Made by a program: the position numbers and the translations under genes
Origin: Dehalococcoidia bacterium
GTDB lineage: Bacteria; Chloroflexota; Dehalococcoidia; DSTF01; RBG-16-68-14
Reading direction: 5' to 3'
Length of the DNA: 20,000 bases
Assembly: GCA_040882355.1 (NCBI GenBank)
Contig: JBBEBM010000029.1
Location: 111,869 to 131,868 of the forward strand
Shown: positions 7,079 to 15,089 of the stretch, one piece after another
Layout of the letters: the number at the start of each line of letters is the position of its first letter
Numbering within the stretch: position 1 is the first letter of the stretch
The notes under the pieces: model-generated
Told to the model about the DNA's origin: nothing
Database searches by the model: none
What the model saw: the letters and a program-made list of their open reading frames with translations, nothing else

Positions 7079-9937
7079 ATGACGACCTCGACGCGGACTG
7101 GCCAACGGCTAGCCACTGCGGCCGAGCCATTCCTCGGCAGGCGGCGGGAGCTCGCGACTCTTGCACGTCTACTCGAAGGCGTCGACGACAGGGCAGCTTC
7201 GGTCTTCATCGAAGGCGAGGCGGGCGTCGGCAAGACGAGTTTGCTCACAGCGTTCCTACAGACGGTCGAGCAGCGCGGGGCCGAGGTCAAACTGGCCTCG
7301 TGCTATCCCGTGGAGCAGGCAGCGGCCTACGCTCCTTTCGTTGAGCTGTACCCGGCCGTCTTTCGCGCCGGTGGCGATAACGCGAACACCGCGGCCGACC
7401 TGGGCGCGGACGCCGCGGCGCGGCGGGCGCACTACGTCCACGGGCTGGCGGAGGCGATCCTGGCGAGCCTGGGTGACGCGCCGGGGGTCATGTGCGTCGA
7501 GGACGTTCACTGGGCGGACATCGGGTCGCTGCTCCTGCTCAACCAGCTCCTGGACAGCCGCCGGGCCGGTCTGATGCTGGTCTGCACCGGCCGGCCTGAG
7601 ACCACCACATCGATCGAGCGGCACGAGCTAATCGCACGATTGCAGCAGCGCAGTCTCCTCACGGAGCTTTCCGGCCTGGGTCCCGCCGAGGTCGAGGAGC
7701 TGTTCCGTCAGATCGCGAGCCCGGGCCTGGCGACGCAGGAGGAGGTAGAGGCGCTGACCGAGTTCACGAACGGGAATCCGCTGCTGTTGAAGGAGTCGCT
7801 CGGCCAGCTTCAAAAGGGCGGCCTGCTCACAGCGCACTCGTTGCGCGAGGCGATCCGGCGCGGCCGGACTCCGCTCCGGCTGGCGGAAGCGATCGACTGG
7901 CGCCTGGACAGCCTCTCGCAGCAGACGCGCGAGATGATAGGAGCCGGCGCGGTGCTGGGCGCAGAGTTCGAGACCGACGTTCTCGCCCGCGCGGCAGGCC
8001 TGCCCGCGCGCGACGTCGAGGACGAGATCGCGACCTGCCAGGAGGAAGGACTGCTTTCGGGCGACGGCACCCGGTTCCGGTTCGTGCATCCCTCATTCGC
8101 CGCGCGCGTATACGAACGCCTCAAGCCGTCGGAGCGGCGTCACCTCCACGCCAGGGCCGCGGCGGTGCTCGCCGCCTCTTCGGCGCCGGTACCTATCGCG
8201 GAGCTGGCGCGCCACCTTGCGCTAGGCGCCGCAGGGACCGACCGCAAGAAAGCGGTCAAGCTCTGCTTCCAGACTGCTGAGGAAGCAGAGGCGATGTTCG
8301 CTTACGAGACGGCAGCGCAGTACTGGGAGCTGGCGTTGCGTTGCGTTGGGCGAGCGAAGACGCTGCGCGCGGACATCGACCGGCGGCTGGGCTGGGCGCT
8401 CTGGTCGGCGCGAAATTGGGAGCGCGCAGCACTCGTCTGGAAAGAGGCGGTCGCTCTCTACGAGGAGTTGGGAGACAGGGCACACGCCGGTGAGCTCGCG
8501 CTGGCGCTGGGCGACGTGTATCGCTGGCGCCAGGAGCTGGCGGAATCGGAGCGATGGCTGACGCGGGCGCTAGCCGCCCTGAACGAGCCAGGCGTCTCCC
8601 GCGCGCGGGCGCTGGCACTTCTGGGGGGCATCGCTTGCCTCAGACGGGACTACGAGCGCGGCATAGCGTTCCTGAGGGACGCCCTGCATGATGGGAGCGG
8701 CGCCGCGATCGACCCGCTGGTCGGGTACTGGGCGTCCTACGGCTACTATCTGAGCGGCGACGTCGCAGCATCGCATGAGGTTGCGGAGCAGGCGCTGCAA
8801 GAGGCCCTGGACCAGAAGCACAGCCGCGGGACGGCGCTCCTCGCGGGCAGCCTGTTCCAGTACGAGCTGTTCAACCTCCGACCAACGCGCGCGCGCGCAT
8901 ACTTCCGACTGATGGAGGATGCGTCGCCGGAGACGGACGCGACGGCGTTCACCTACGTCTTCGTAAGCCGCTCCCTGCTGGACGGTTACGCCGGCCGGTG
9001 GCGATCGATCATCAAGGGCGCGAACGACTGGCAGGCGCGCGTCCGGCTGGCGGGCGGCTATCAGGCCGCAACGGCGCGACTCCTCTGGTCGGTCGCCCAG
9101 CTACATCTTGGCGACGCGGCGACGGCGCGAGAAGGACTGCTGAGCGCGAGCGACGCCCTGGAGCGCATGACCCCGCTCGCCTGGCTCTACCTGGCGATCG
9201 CCGAGCTGCGGCTGGACCGCGCCGACGAAGCGGCCTCGTTGGTGGAGCGATACCTGCGCGCGAACCGCGGCCGGCCTCGGTCGGCGGACGATGGCGCCCT
9301 CTTCGCGGATGCGGTCGCGGGCCTGGAGCGACGGGACTGGTGGCAGCTTGGCTACGAGTTCTTGAATGACGAGAAGGCCCATCTCTCCGGGCCCTACGCG
9401 CCGATCTCCGTGCAGCGCGTGCTCGGCCGTCTCGCGACCAAGCTGGGCCTGTGGGCTGAGGCAGCGACTCACTTCGAGAAGGCGATCTCAGCGCTGTCCG
9501 CGGGGAAGGCCAAGTGGGAGCTATCGCAGAGCCTGCTCGACTACGCGGCCATGCGCCGCGCCCGGAGGCGTCGAGGAGACCTGAACAAGGCAACGTCACT
9601 CCAGTTCCGGGCCGCCGAGATCCTCGGTGACCTGCGCATCCCGATGACGGCGGCGATCCCGCAGGCCGGAGGCGACCCCTTCGGGCTGACGGGACGCGAG
9701 CGCGAGGTTCTCGACTTACTGGCGCGGGCCTACCGGAACCAGGAGATCGCAGAGGCGTTCACGATCAGCCCGGGCACCGTCAGGCGGCACATCGAGAACA
9801 TCCTGGGGAAGATGGGCGCCACCAACCGCACGGATGCCGTAGTGCTCGGCATGCGCGCCGGCCTGATTGGCCCCACGCCCGGCGCCGACGGGCAGGGAAC
9901 CGAGGCCTCGGCGGAGGATCGTCGTCTGGCCGGGTAG
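7079..9937 (+). CDS. Large ATP-binding LuxR-family regulator (AAA_16/STAND NTPase, TPR-like repeats, C-terminal LuxR HTH)
   Basis: FLGRRREL, Walker A GEAGVGKT, Walker B VEDVHWAD, GNPLLL, FRFVH, helical repeats and C-terminal LTGREREVLDLLARAYRNQEIA...TVRRHIENILGK. Confidence 0.92.
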   Translation: MTTSTRTGQRLATAAEPFLGRRRELATLARLLEGVDDRAASVFIEGEAGVGKTSLLTAFLQTVEQRGAEVKLASCYPVEQAAAYAPFVELYPAVFRAGGDNANTAADLGADAAARRAHYVHGLAEAILASLGDAPGVMCVEDVHWADIGSLLLLNQLLDSRRAGLMLVCTGRPETTTSIERHELIARLQQRSLLTELSGLGPAEVEELFRQIASPGLATQEEVEALTEFTNGNPLLLKESLGQLQKGGLLTAHSLREAIRRGRTPLRLAEAIDWRLDSLSQQTREMIGAGAVLGAEFETDVLARAAGLPARDVEDEIATCQEEGLLSGDGTRFRFVHPSFAARVYERLKPSERRHLHARAAAVLAASSAPVPIAELARHLALGAAGTDRKKAVKLCFQTAEEAEAMFAYETAAQYWELALRCVGRAKTLRADIDRRLGWALWSARNWERAALVWKEAVALYEELGDRAHAGELALALGDVYRWRQELAESERWLTRALAALNEPGVSRARALALLGGIACLRRDYERGIAFLRDALHDGSGAAIDPLVGYWASYGYYLSGDVAASHEVAEQALQEALDQKHSRGTALLAGSLFQYELFNLRPTRARAYFRLMEDASPETDATAFTYVFVSRSLLDGYAGRWRSIIKGANDWQARVRLAGGYQAATARLLWSVAQLHLGDAATAREGLLSASDALERMTPLAWLYLAIAELRLDRADEAASLVERYLRANRGRPRSADDGALFADAVAGLERRDWWQLGYEFLNDEKAHLSGPYAPISVQRVLGRLATKLGLWAEAATHFEKAISALSAGKAKWELSQSLLDYAAMRRARRRRGDLNKATSLQFRAAEILGDLRIPMTAAIPQAGGDPFGLTGREREVLDLLARAYRNQEIAEAFTISPGTVRRHIENILGKMGATNRTDAVVLGMRAGLIGPTPGADGQGTEASAEDRRLAG

Positions 9938-9969
9938 CGGCGTCCCCAGCTCTCGCCCGCACCCCGTGG

Positions 9970-10065
9970 ACAAAGTGAGGCCGTGCGCAGTGGCGGCTAC
10001 GCACGGCCTGCACAGGGGGGTCCCTGTGCATTTGCACTGTAGCGATGAAGGGCCAGGAATGGCAA
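9970..10065 (-). ncRNA. Candidate small RNA (promoter, two hairpins, short U-run)
   Basis: Minus-strand TTGCCA-N18-TACAGT (10065-10036). Hairpins at 10009-10030 and 9978-10009, followed by CACTTTGT. Confidence 0.4.
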
Positions 10066-10132
10066 GGGGGGCCTTCCCCTAGTGGCGAACGCTTGGGGTC
10101 AGGACCGGCGCGTGTATACTGCCACCTGGACT

Positions 10133-10960
10133 GTGTCACGCTTCAGCCCGCGTCGTCTCCGCCATGCCTTGCGAGGGGCGCGCCCCTTGCCCGCGCCTCA
10201 GTATCTCTCAAACACCCCTGCGATCGCCTTCGATCCGCCACCGAGCCCGTCGACGCTGGCCGAGGCCGCTGCCTCCTGCGAGGCGACCGCCGCGGTGCTC
10301 GACATCCTCGCGAAGCTGACGCCGAGCGAGCTGGGCGATGCGCAGATCGCTCGCTTTCGCTCGATACAGCAGCAGTTCGGCAGGTTCGCGCGCTTCGCAG
10401 ACCTGACGACGGTGCTCTGGGCCTGCGCGACGCTCCTCCAGCCACAGAGCTACCTGGAGATAGGCGTGCGCAACGGTCGCAGCGCGGCCGTGGTGGGCGC
10501 GACGGCGCCCGATTGCGCGATCTACGGCTTCGACCACTGGGTGCGCGAGTACTTCGCCGACCCGACGCTGGGCCCCGACTTCGTGCGGAGCGAGCTGCGC
10601 GCGGTCGGGCATCGAGGGCACGTCGAGCTGGTTGCAGGTGAGAGTCAGGAGTCGCTGCCCGAGTTCCTCAGCGAGCACCCCGACCTCTTCTTCGACCTGA
10701 TCGCGATCGACGGGGACAAGACGCCCGCGGTCGTCGCGTCCGACTACGCGAACGCGCTGCCTCGCCTGAAGATCGGCGGCGTCATCGTCACAGACGACCT
10801 GGCGTTCGCGCCCGCGCTGATCCAGGTCTGGCAGGAGCTGGTCGGGCGGGACAGCCGCTACCTGAAGTGGCCGATGACGGGCGCGGGCGCTGTCACGCTG
10901 GCGATCCGCATCGGCGGCGACGTCCCTTGGGTGACGGCCTGGAGCGCCGGGCAGTCGTAG
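10133..10960 (+). CDS. Class I SAM-dependent methyltransferase (Methyltransf_24-like), paralog 1
   Basis: SYLEIGVRNGRSAAVV, IYGFDHW, FDLIAIDGDK and LKIGGVIVTDD. Start re-assigned to GTG 10133 (MSRFSPRR) by comparison with paralog 2 and the TATACT at 10115-10120. Confidence 0.88.
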   Translation: MSRFSPRRLRHALRGARPLPAPQYLSNTPAIAFDPPPSPSTLAEAAASCEATAAVLDILAKLTPSELGDAQIARFRSIQQQFGRFARFADLTTVLWACATLLQPQSYLEIGVRNGRSAAVVGATAPDCAIYGFDHWVREYFADPTLGPDFVRSELRAVGHRGHVELVAGESQESLPEFLSEHPDLFFDLIAIDGDKTPAVVASDYANALPRLKIGGVIVTDDLAFAPALIQVWQELVGRDSRYLKWPMTGAGAVTLAIRIGGDVPWVTAWSAGQS

Positions 10961-11034
10961 GCGATCCTGCGCCAAACCAACACCCTCCCGTTGTGGTAGA
11001 CTAGGGCACTTCTGGCGACTGGAGGATGGCGACG

Positions 11035-12204
11035 ATGCGCGCACTGTCGGCGGTTGTCTTCGGCGCTCTAGCCGCGAGCGCTCTCCTCCTGTTGTCCTGC
11101 AGCTCGGACGCTGATGAGCCCGGAGCGTCTACGGGGCCGAGCCGGCCAAACGGTCTTGCGACACTGGCCGCCGTGCCGACCAGCCCTCCCGCGCCAACGC
11201 TCCCTCCCGCCCCGACGGTCACGCCCGATCCGCTCACGCCTCAGATGGGCGTCTACTTCATCAGCAAAGACGGCGCGACCTTGCGCCACATCGTCGAGGG
11301 CGACGTCTTCCACGCCGACCTCTCGCCGGACGGCACAGAGGTGGTCTACCAGCGCGACAACCAGGTGGTGGCGACCGACATTGCTTCCGGCACAACGAGG
11401 GTCATCGTGCCCCAGCCGGCGGACGGACAGGTCTATGGTCCCGCCTGGTCCGCTACGGGGCGGTACGTGAGCTATTACCTATACGGCGAAGACGGAACGA
11501 GAGAGGCACGGATCGTCCATCGCAATGGAACGGGATCGCGCCCATTGATTGCCGGCGGCCGGCTAGAGGTTGGGATCAAGGATTGGCTGCCAGACGACAG
11601 CGCCGCCATCGTCATTTCGAACCGTCCGGCACCGTCCGCCCCAGCCGATCCCCGGCATTACCACATCCAGACGGTGACCGCGGATGGCATCGCTTCGCCG
11701 TCGCTCGCGACCTTCGAGCCGTGCGGTTGTGGCGGGGGTCCCGCATTCCAGGTATTGGCATCACCAGACGGGAAGCGATTCGCCTACTCGGACGAAACTG
11801 GCGGGGTGTTCGTGGCCAACATCGACGGCACAGACCTCCGCGACGTCACGCAGACCAAGCAGGGAGACCTCATGGGCTGGGTCGATGACCAGACTCTGGC
11901 GTTTCGAGCGTTCAGAGAGGGCGAGGCTGCGCCCTTCGGCTCTGCATATCGCCTGGACTTGACCAGCGGCACGGCCACGCCGGCCCGCCTGTCGCTAGCC
12001 GTGGCGCCGGACGGTAGCGCGGTGAAGGACTTCCTGTGGCGCTGCGCTGTGCCGAGCTGGCTCTTTTTCCAGACTCCGGACGGCAGTGAAAGAGAAATGT
12101 TGCGGGGGCGCATCCCCGGCGAATGGTGGCTGAGCGACGCCGAGTGGCTGCCGGACGGCAGCGGCCTGGTCTTCACTGTGACGCGCCACGACGTCTGCGT
12201 CTAG
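11035..12204 (+). CDS. Lipoprotein with TolB/PD40-like beta-propeller
   Basis: Lipobox LLS-C, a Pro/Thr linker and repeats LSPDG, PAWSATG, WLPDD, ASPDGKRFAY, WLPDGSGLVF. GGAGG at 11021-11025 favours ATG 11035 over 11026. TGgTAGACT lies at 10994-11002. Confidence 0.82.
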   Translation: MRALSAVVFGALAASALLLLSCSSDADEPGASTGPSRPNGLATLAAVPTSPPAPTLPPAPTVTPDPLTPQMGVYFISKDGATLRHIVEGDVFHADLSPDGTEVVYQRDNQVVATDIASGTTRVIVPQPADGQVYGPAWSATGRYVSYYLYGEDGTREARIVHRNGTGSRPLIAGGRLEVGIKDWLPDDSAAIVISNRPAPSAPADPRHYHIQTVTADGIASPSLATFEPCGCGGGPAFQVLASPDGKRFAYSDETGGVFVANIDGTDLRDVTQTKQGDLMGWVDDQTLAFRAFREGEAAPFGSAYRLDLTSGTATPARLSLAVAPDGSAVKDFLWRCAVPSWLFFQTPDGSEREMLRGRIPGEWWLSDAEWLPDGSGLVFTVTRHDVCV

Positions 12205-12244
12205 CGCCCTGCCTCACCCATCGCGCCGCTATACTCCTGGTAGC

Positions 12245-13065
12245 ATGTCACGGTTCAGCCCGCGTCGATTTCGTCACGCGATGCAGCGGCGGCGCCCGCT
12301 GCCGGAGCCCGCGTACCGGCCGGGCACGCCCCGACCGGCGGCGCGACCCTGACGCCGGCGACGCTGAGCGAGGCTGGCATGTCGCCGGAGGCGGTGGCGT
12401 TCGTTAGCGACCTGGTAGGCAAGCTGACGCCGAGCGAGGAGACGGCGGCGCTGCAGGCGTTCTATCGAGGCCTCCAGGAGCAGTTCGGCGCATACCTGCG
12501 CTACGCCGACCTGAACACGGTGCTCTGGGGGGCCGCCACCCTGATCAAGCCGAAGAGCTACCTGGAGATCGGCGTGAGACGCGGGCGCAGCGCGGCCGTC
12601 GTCGCGGCGCTGCGCCCGGACTGCGCCATCCACGGCTTCGACCTGTGGCAGGAGGTCTACTTCGCCGACCCGAACCTGGGGCCCGATTTCGTTCGCGACG
12701 AGCTGCGGCGCGCCGGCCACCGGGGCGCTGTCGAGCTGGTCTCGGGGAGCAGCGCGGAGACGGTGCCCGCATTCCTGCGCGAGCACCCCGACCTCTACTT
12801 CGACATCGTCACGATCGACGGGGCGAAGGCGTTCGACATCGTCGCGAGCGACTACGCGAACACGCTGCCCCGCGTGAAGGTGGGGGGCATCGTCATCACG
12901 GACGACCTGGCGTACGCGCCGGCGCTCGGCCGCATCTGGCACGAGCTGGTCGGGCGGAGCGGGCGCTTCATCGCCGCGCCGTTCTCGGGCGCGGGCGGCG
13001 TCTCGGCGGCGATACGATTCGCGGACGAGCCGTGGCAGAGCACGCTGCGCAGCGTCGCCGACTGA
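12245..13065 (+). CDS. Class I SAM-dependent methyltransferase, paralog 2, with an apparent frameshift near the 5' end
   Basis: Frame from ATG 12245 reads MSRFSPRRFRHAMQRRRPLPEPAY... and stops at 12350-12352. Similarity to paralog 1 continues in the -1 frame (TPATLSEAGMSPEA...SYLEIGVRRGRSAAVV...IDGAK...GGIVITDD) to 13065. Confidence 0.8.
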
Positions 13066-13070
13066 CGATC

Positions 13071-13574
13071 GTGGACGAGGGCAGCCGAAGGCAGCTCGAA
13101 GCCGCGCTCGCGGCGAACCGCGAGGCGCTGCTGGCGATCGTGTCGCAGGTCGACGAGGGGGCGCTCTCGCTGCCCACACGCAACGCGGAGTGGTCGGTGC
13201 GAGACGTCATCGGCCATGTGCTCGCCTCGGACGCGGACCTGATCGCGCTGCTGGAGGCGGCGGGCCAGACGGGGGCCACTTCGGTCGAGGGTGGCAGCCA
13301 CGAGGAGCACCAGCTGGGGATGGCGGGCTGGTCGGACGCGACGCCGGACGCGCTGGTCGACGCGTTGCGCGAGAGGAGCGAACGCTGGCGAGCGCTGCTC
13401 GCTTCGCTGCCCGACGAGGCGTGGGCCCTGCCGTCGCAGGCGTGGTGGACGCCCGCCGCGAGGGCGCTGGCCGAGATCGTCGATGACTATCGAACGCACG
13501 ACGCGGAGCACGGAGAGGACGTGAAGCTCGCGCTTGAGGGCGCTCGCCGCGAGAGCGCGCCAGCCGACCTGTAA
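13071..13574 (+). CDS. DinB-like / maleylpyruvate-isomerase N-terminal (MDMPI) family protein
   Basis: GTG 13071, 5 nt after the previous stop. Motifs LPTRNAEWSVRDVIGHV and C-terminal HDAEHGEDV (His triad). Confidence 0.8.
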   Translation: MDEGSRRQLEAALAANREALLAIVSQVDEGALSLPTRNAEWSVRDVIGHVLASDADLIALLEAAGQTGATSVEGGSHEEHQLGMAGWSDATPDALVDALRERSERWRALLASLPDEAWALPSQAWWTPAARALAEIVDDYRTHDAEHGEDVKLALEGARRESAPADL

Positions 13575-13652
13575 CTTCTACCACCCTTTGCCGTTTAGGG
13601 ATGCAGAAGGGGAGATGAGGTGAGGCGGGGCACCCCCGAGTCACCCCTTCGC

Positions 13653-13685
13653 GAGACGCCCCGATCCGTCGGGGCGTCTCTTTGT
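13653..13685 (+). terminator. Rho-independent terminator
   Basis: GAGACGCCCCGA-tccg-TCGGGGCGTCTC (12-bp perfect stem) followed by TTTGT. Confidence 0.85.
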
Positions 13686-13736
13686 GCGCGGAGGGCCGGT
13701 CTCAGGAAGCACAGCTTGCCGGCGGCAAACCCAAGC

Positions 13737-13881
13737 AGGTGCTGAAAAGCTGAACGAGCCCAAGAACAATGTCATTCGTTCCCACCCACCCGCCCAGTTG
13801 TGTTTGGGTGAGTCTGGGGGGACACCCCCCAGACCCCCGGCATGGGGCGCTGCCCCCTGCACCCCCGTTTTTTCAGCAGCC
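13737..13881. mobile_element. MITE-like non-autonomous element / structured repeat (~145 bp)
   Basis: Imperfect terminal inverted repeats AGGTGCTGAAAA and TTTTCAGCAGCC. Internal GC hairpins TCTGGGGGGACACCCCCAGA and GCATGGGGCGCTGCCCCCTGC. No credible ORF. Confidence 0.55.
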
Positions 13882-13960
13882 GTAGACGCGTCCCCTGCGC
13901 CGGCCTTCGATATTGTGCGCGCCCTACCGATGGCCACTCCCGCCCGCTACACTGCTCGCG

Positions 13961-15040
13961 ATGGTGCTGCGGCCTGTTTCGCTGGAAGACGATGACCGGT
14001 TCCAGTCGGTGCGACGCCGGCTGGAGGAGCGCGAGCGGCGACTCTCGCCGTACGCGGCGCGCAGCTTCGAGAGCCGCGGCCGCGAACGGGCGCTGACGTC
14101 TTCGCTGCTGCGCACGGAGTTCCAGCGGGACCGCGACCGGATCATCCACAGCAAGTCGTTCCGGCGGCTGAAGCACAAGACGCAGGTCTTTGTGGCACCG
14201 ACAGGCGACCACTACGTCACACGACTGACGCACACGCTGGAGACGGCGCAGATCGCGCGCACGATCGCCCGCGCGCTGAACCTGAACGAGGACCTGACGG
14301 AGGCGATCGCGCTCGGCCACGATCTGGGCCACACGCCCTTCGGCCACGCCGGCGAGAGCGCGCTGGGCGAGCTGCTGCCGGAGGGCTTCCGGCACAACGA
14401 GCAGAGCCTGCGCGTCGTCGAGAAGCTGGAGCTGGGCGGGCAGGGGCTGAACCTGACCTGGGAGACGCGCGAGGGCATCCTGAAGCACTCGAAGGCGCGC
14501 GAGGACATCCTGGCGGAGGGCTGGGGCACCGCGAGCACGCTGGAGGGTCAGGTCGTAAAGCTCGCCGATGCCGTCGCCTACCTGAACCACGACTTCGCCG
14601 ACGCGCTGCGGGCCGGGCTGCTGCGCGAAGAGGAGCTGCCTAAGCAGGCGCGCGACGTGCTGGGCGGGAGCCACTCGCAGCGGATCAACGCGCTGGTCTC
14701 AGACATCGTCGACACATCGTGGGCGGCGACGGGGGAGGAAGAGGTGGGTGGCGCGCAGCCACGCATCGATATGAGCGACGAGGTCGCTGCCGCGACCAAC
14801 GAGCTGCGCGATTTCATGTTCGCGCGCGTTTACGAGTGGGAGGGCCAGCAGGCGGAGGCTGCGCGGTCGGGTCGCATCGTTCACTTCCTGTTCGAGTACT
14901 ACCTGGCGCACCCGGAGGCGCTCACGTCGGACTTCACGCGAGCCGACGACCCGCTCGTGCGGCGCGTCGCCGACTACATCGCCGGCATGACCGACCTGTT
15001 CGCGTTGCGCACGGCGGAATCGCTCGGCTGCGCGACCTAG
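13961..15040 (+). CDS. dgt: Deoxyguanosinetriphosphate triphosphohydrolase (HD domain dGTPase)
   Basis: RTEFQRDRDRIIHSKSFRRLKHKTQVF, TRLTHTLE, ALGHDLGHTPFGHAGE, FRHNEQSLR and DYIAGMTD. Start ATG 13961 lies 7 nt after TACACT. Confidence 0.95.
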   Translation: MVLRPVSLEDDDRFQSVRRRLEERERRLSPYAARSFESRGRERALTSSLLRTEFQRDRDRIIHSKSFRRLKHKTQVFVAPTGDHYVTRLTHTLETAQIARTIARALNLNEDLTEAIALGHDLGHTPFGHAGESALGELLPEGFRHNEQSLRVVEKLELGGQGLNLTWETREGILKHSKAREDILAEGWGTASTLEGQVVKLADAVAYLNHDFADALRAGLLREEELPKQARDVLGGSHSQRINALVSDIVDTSWAATGEEEVGGAQPRIDMSDEVAAATNELRDFMFARVYEWEGQQAEAARSGRIVHFLFEYYLAHPEALTSDFTRADDPLVRRVADYIAGMTDLFALRTAESLGCAT

Positions 15041-15089
15041 CGCTGTGGCGCGATGACGGGCGCCTGCTACAATGTCGCCTGAGCCATCT

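Noticed and set aside
9780..10031. 83-codon leaderless minus-strand ORF starting at the candidate sRNA start
   Set aside because: It is Arg/Pro-rich, overlaps the LuxR gene antisense, and its start would be buried in a hairpin.
10133..10200. Twin-arginine (Tat) signal in the methyltransferases (SPRRLR/SPRRFR)
   Set aside because: No hydrophobic h-region follows, and SAM-dependent enzymes are normally cytoplasmic.
12645..13070. N-terminal extension of the 309-aa ORF
   Set aside because: It overlaps the methyltransferase out of frame; the DinB-like sequence begins at GTG 13071.
13715..13745. GGCAAACCC as the start of a c-di-GMP-I riboswitch
   Set aside because: The required downstream GNRA loop and GACGCAAAGC-like elements are absent.
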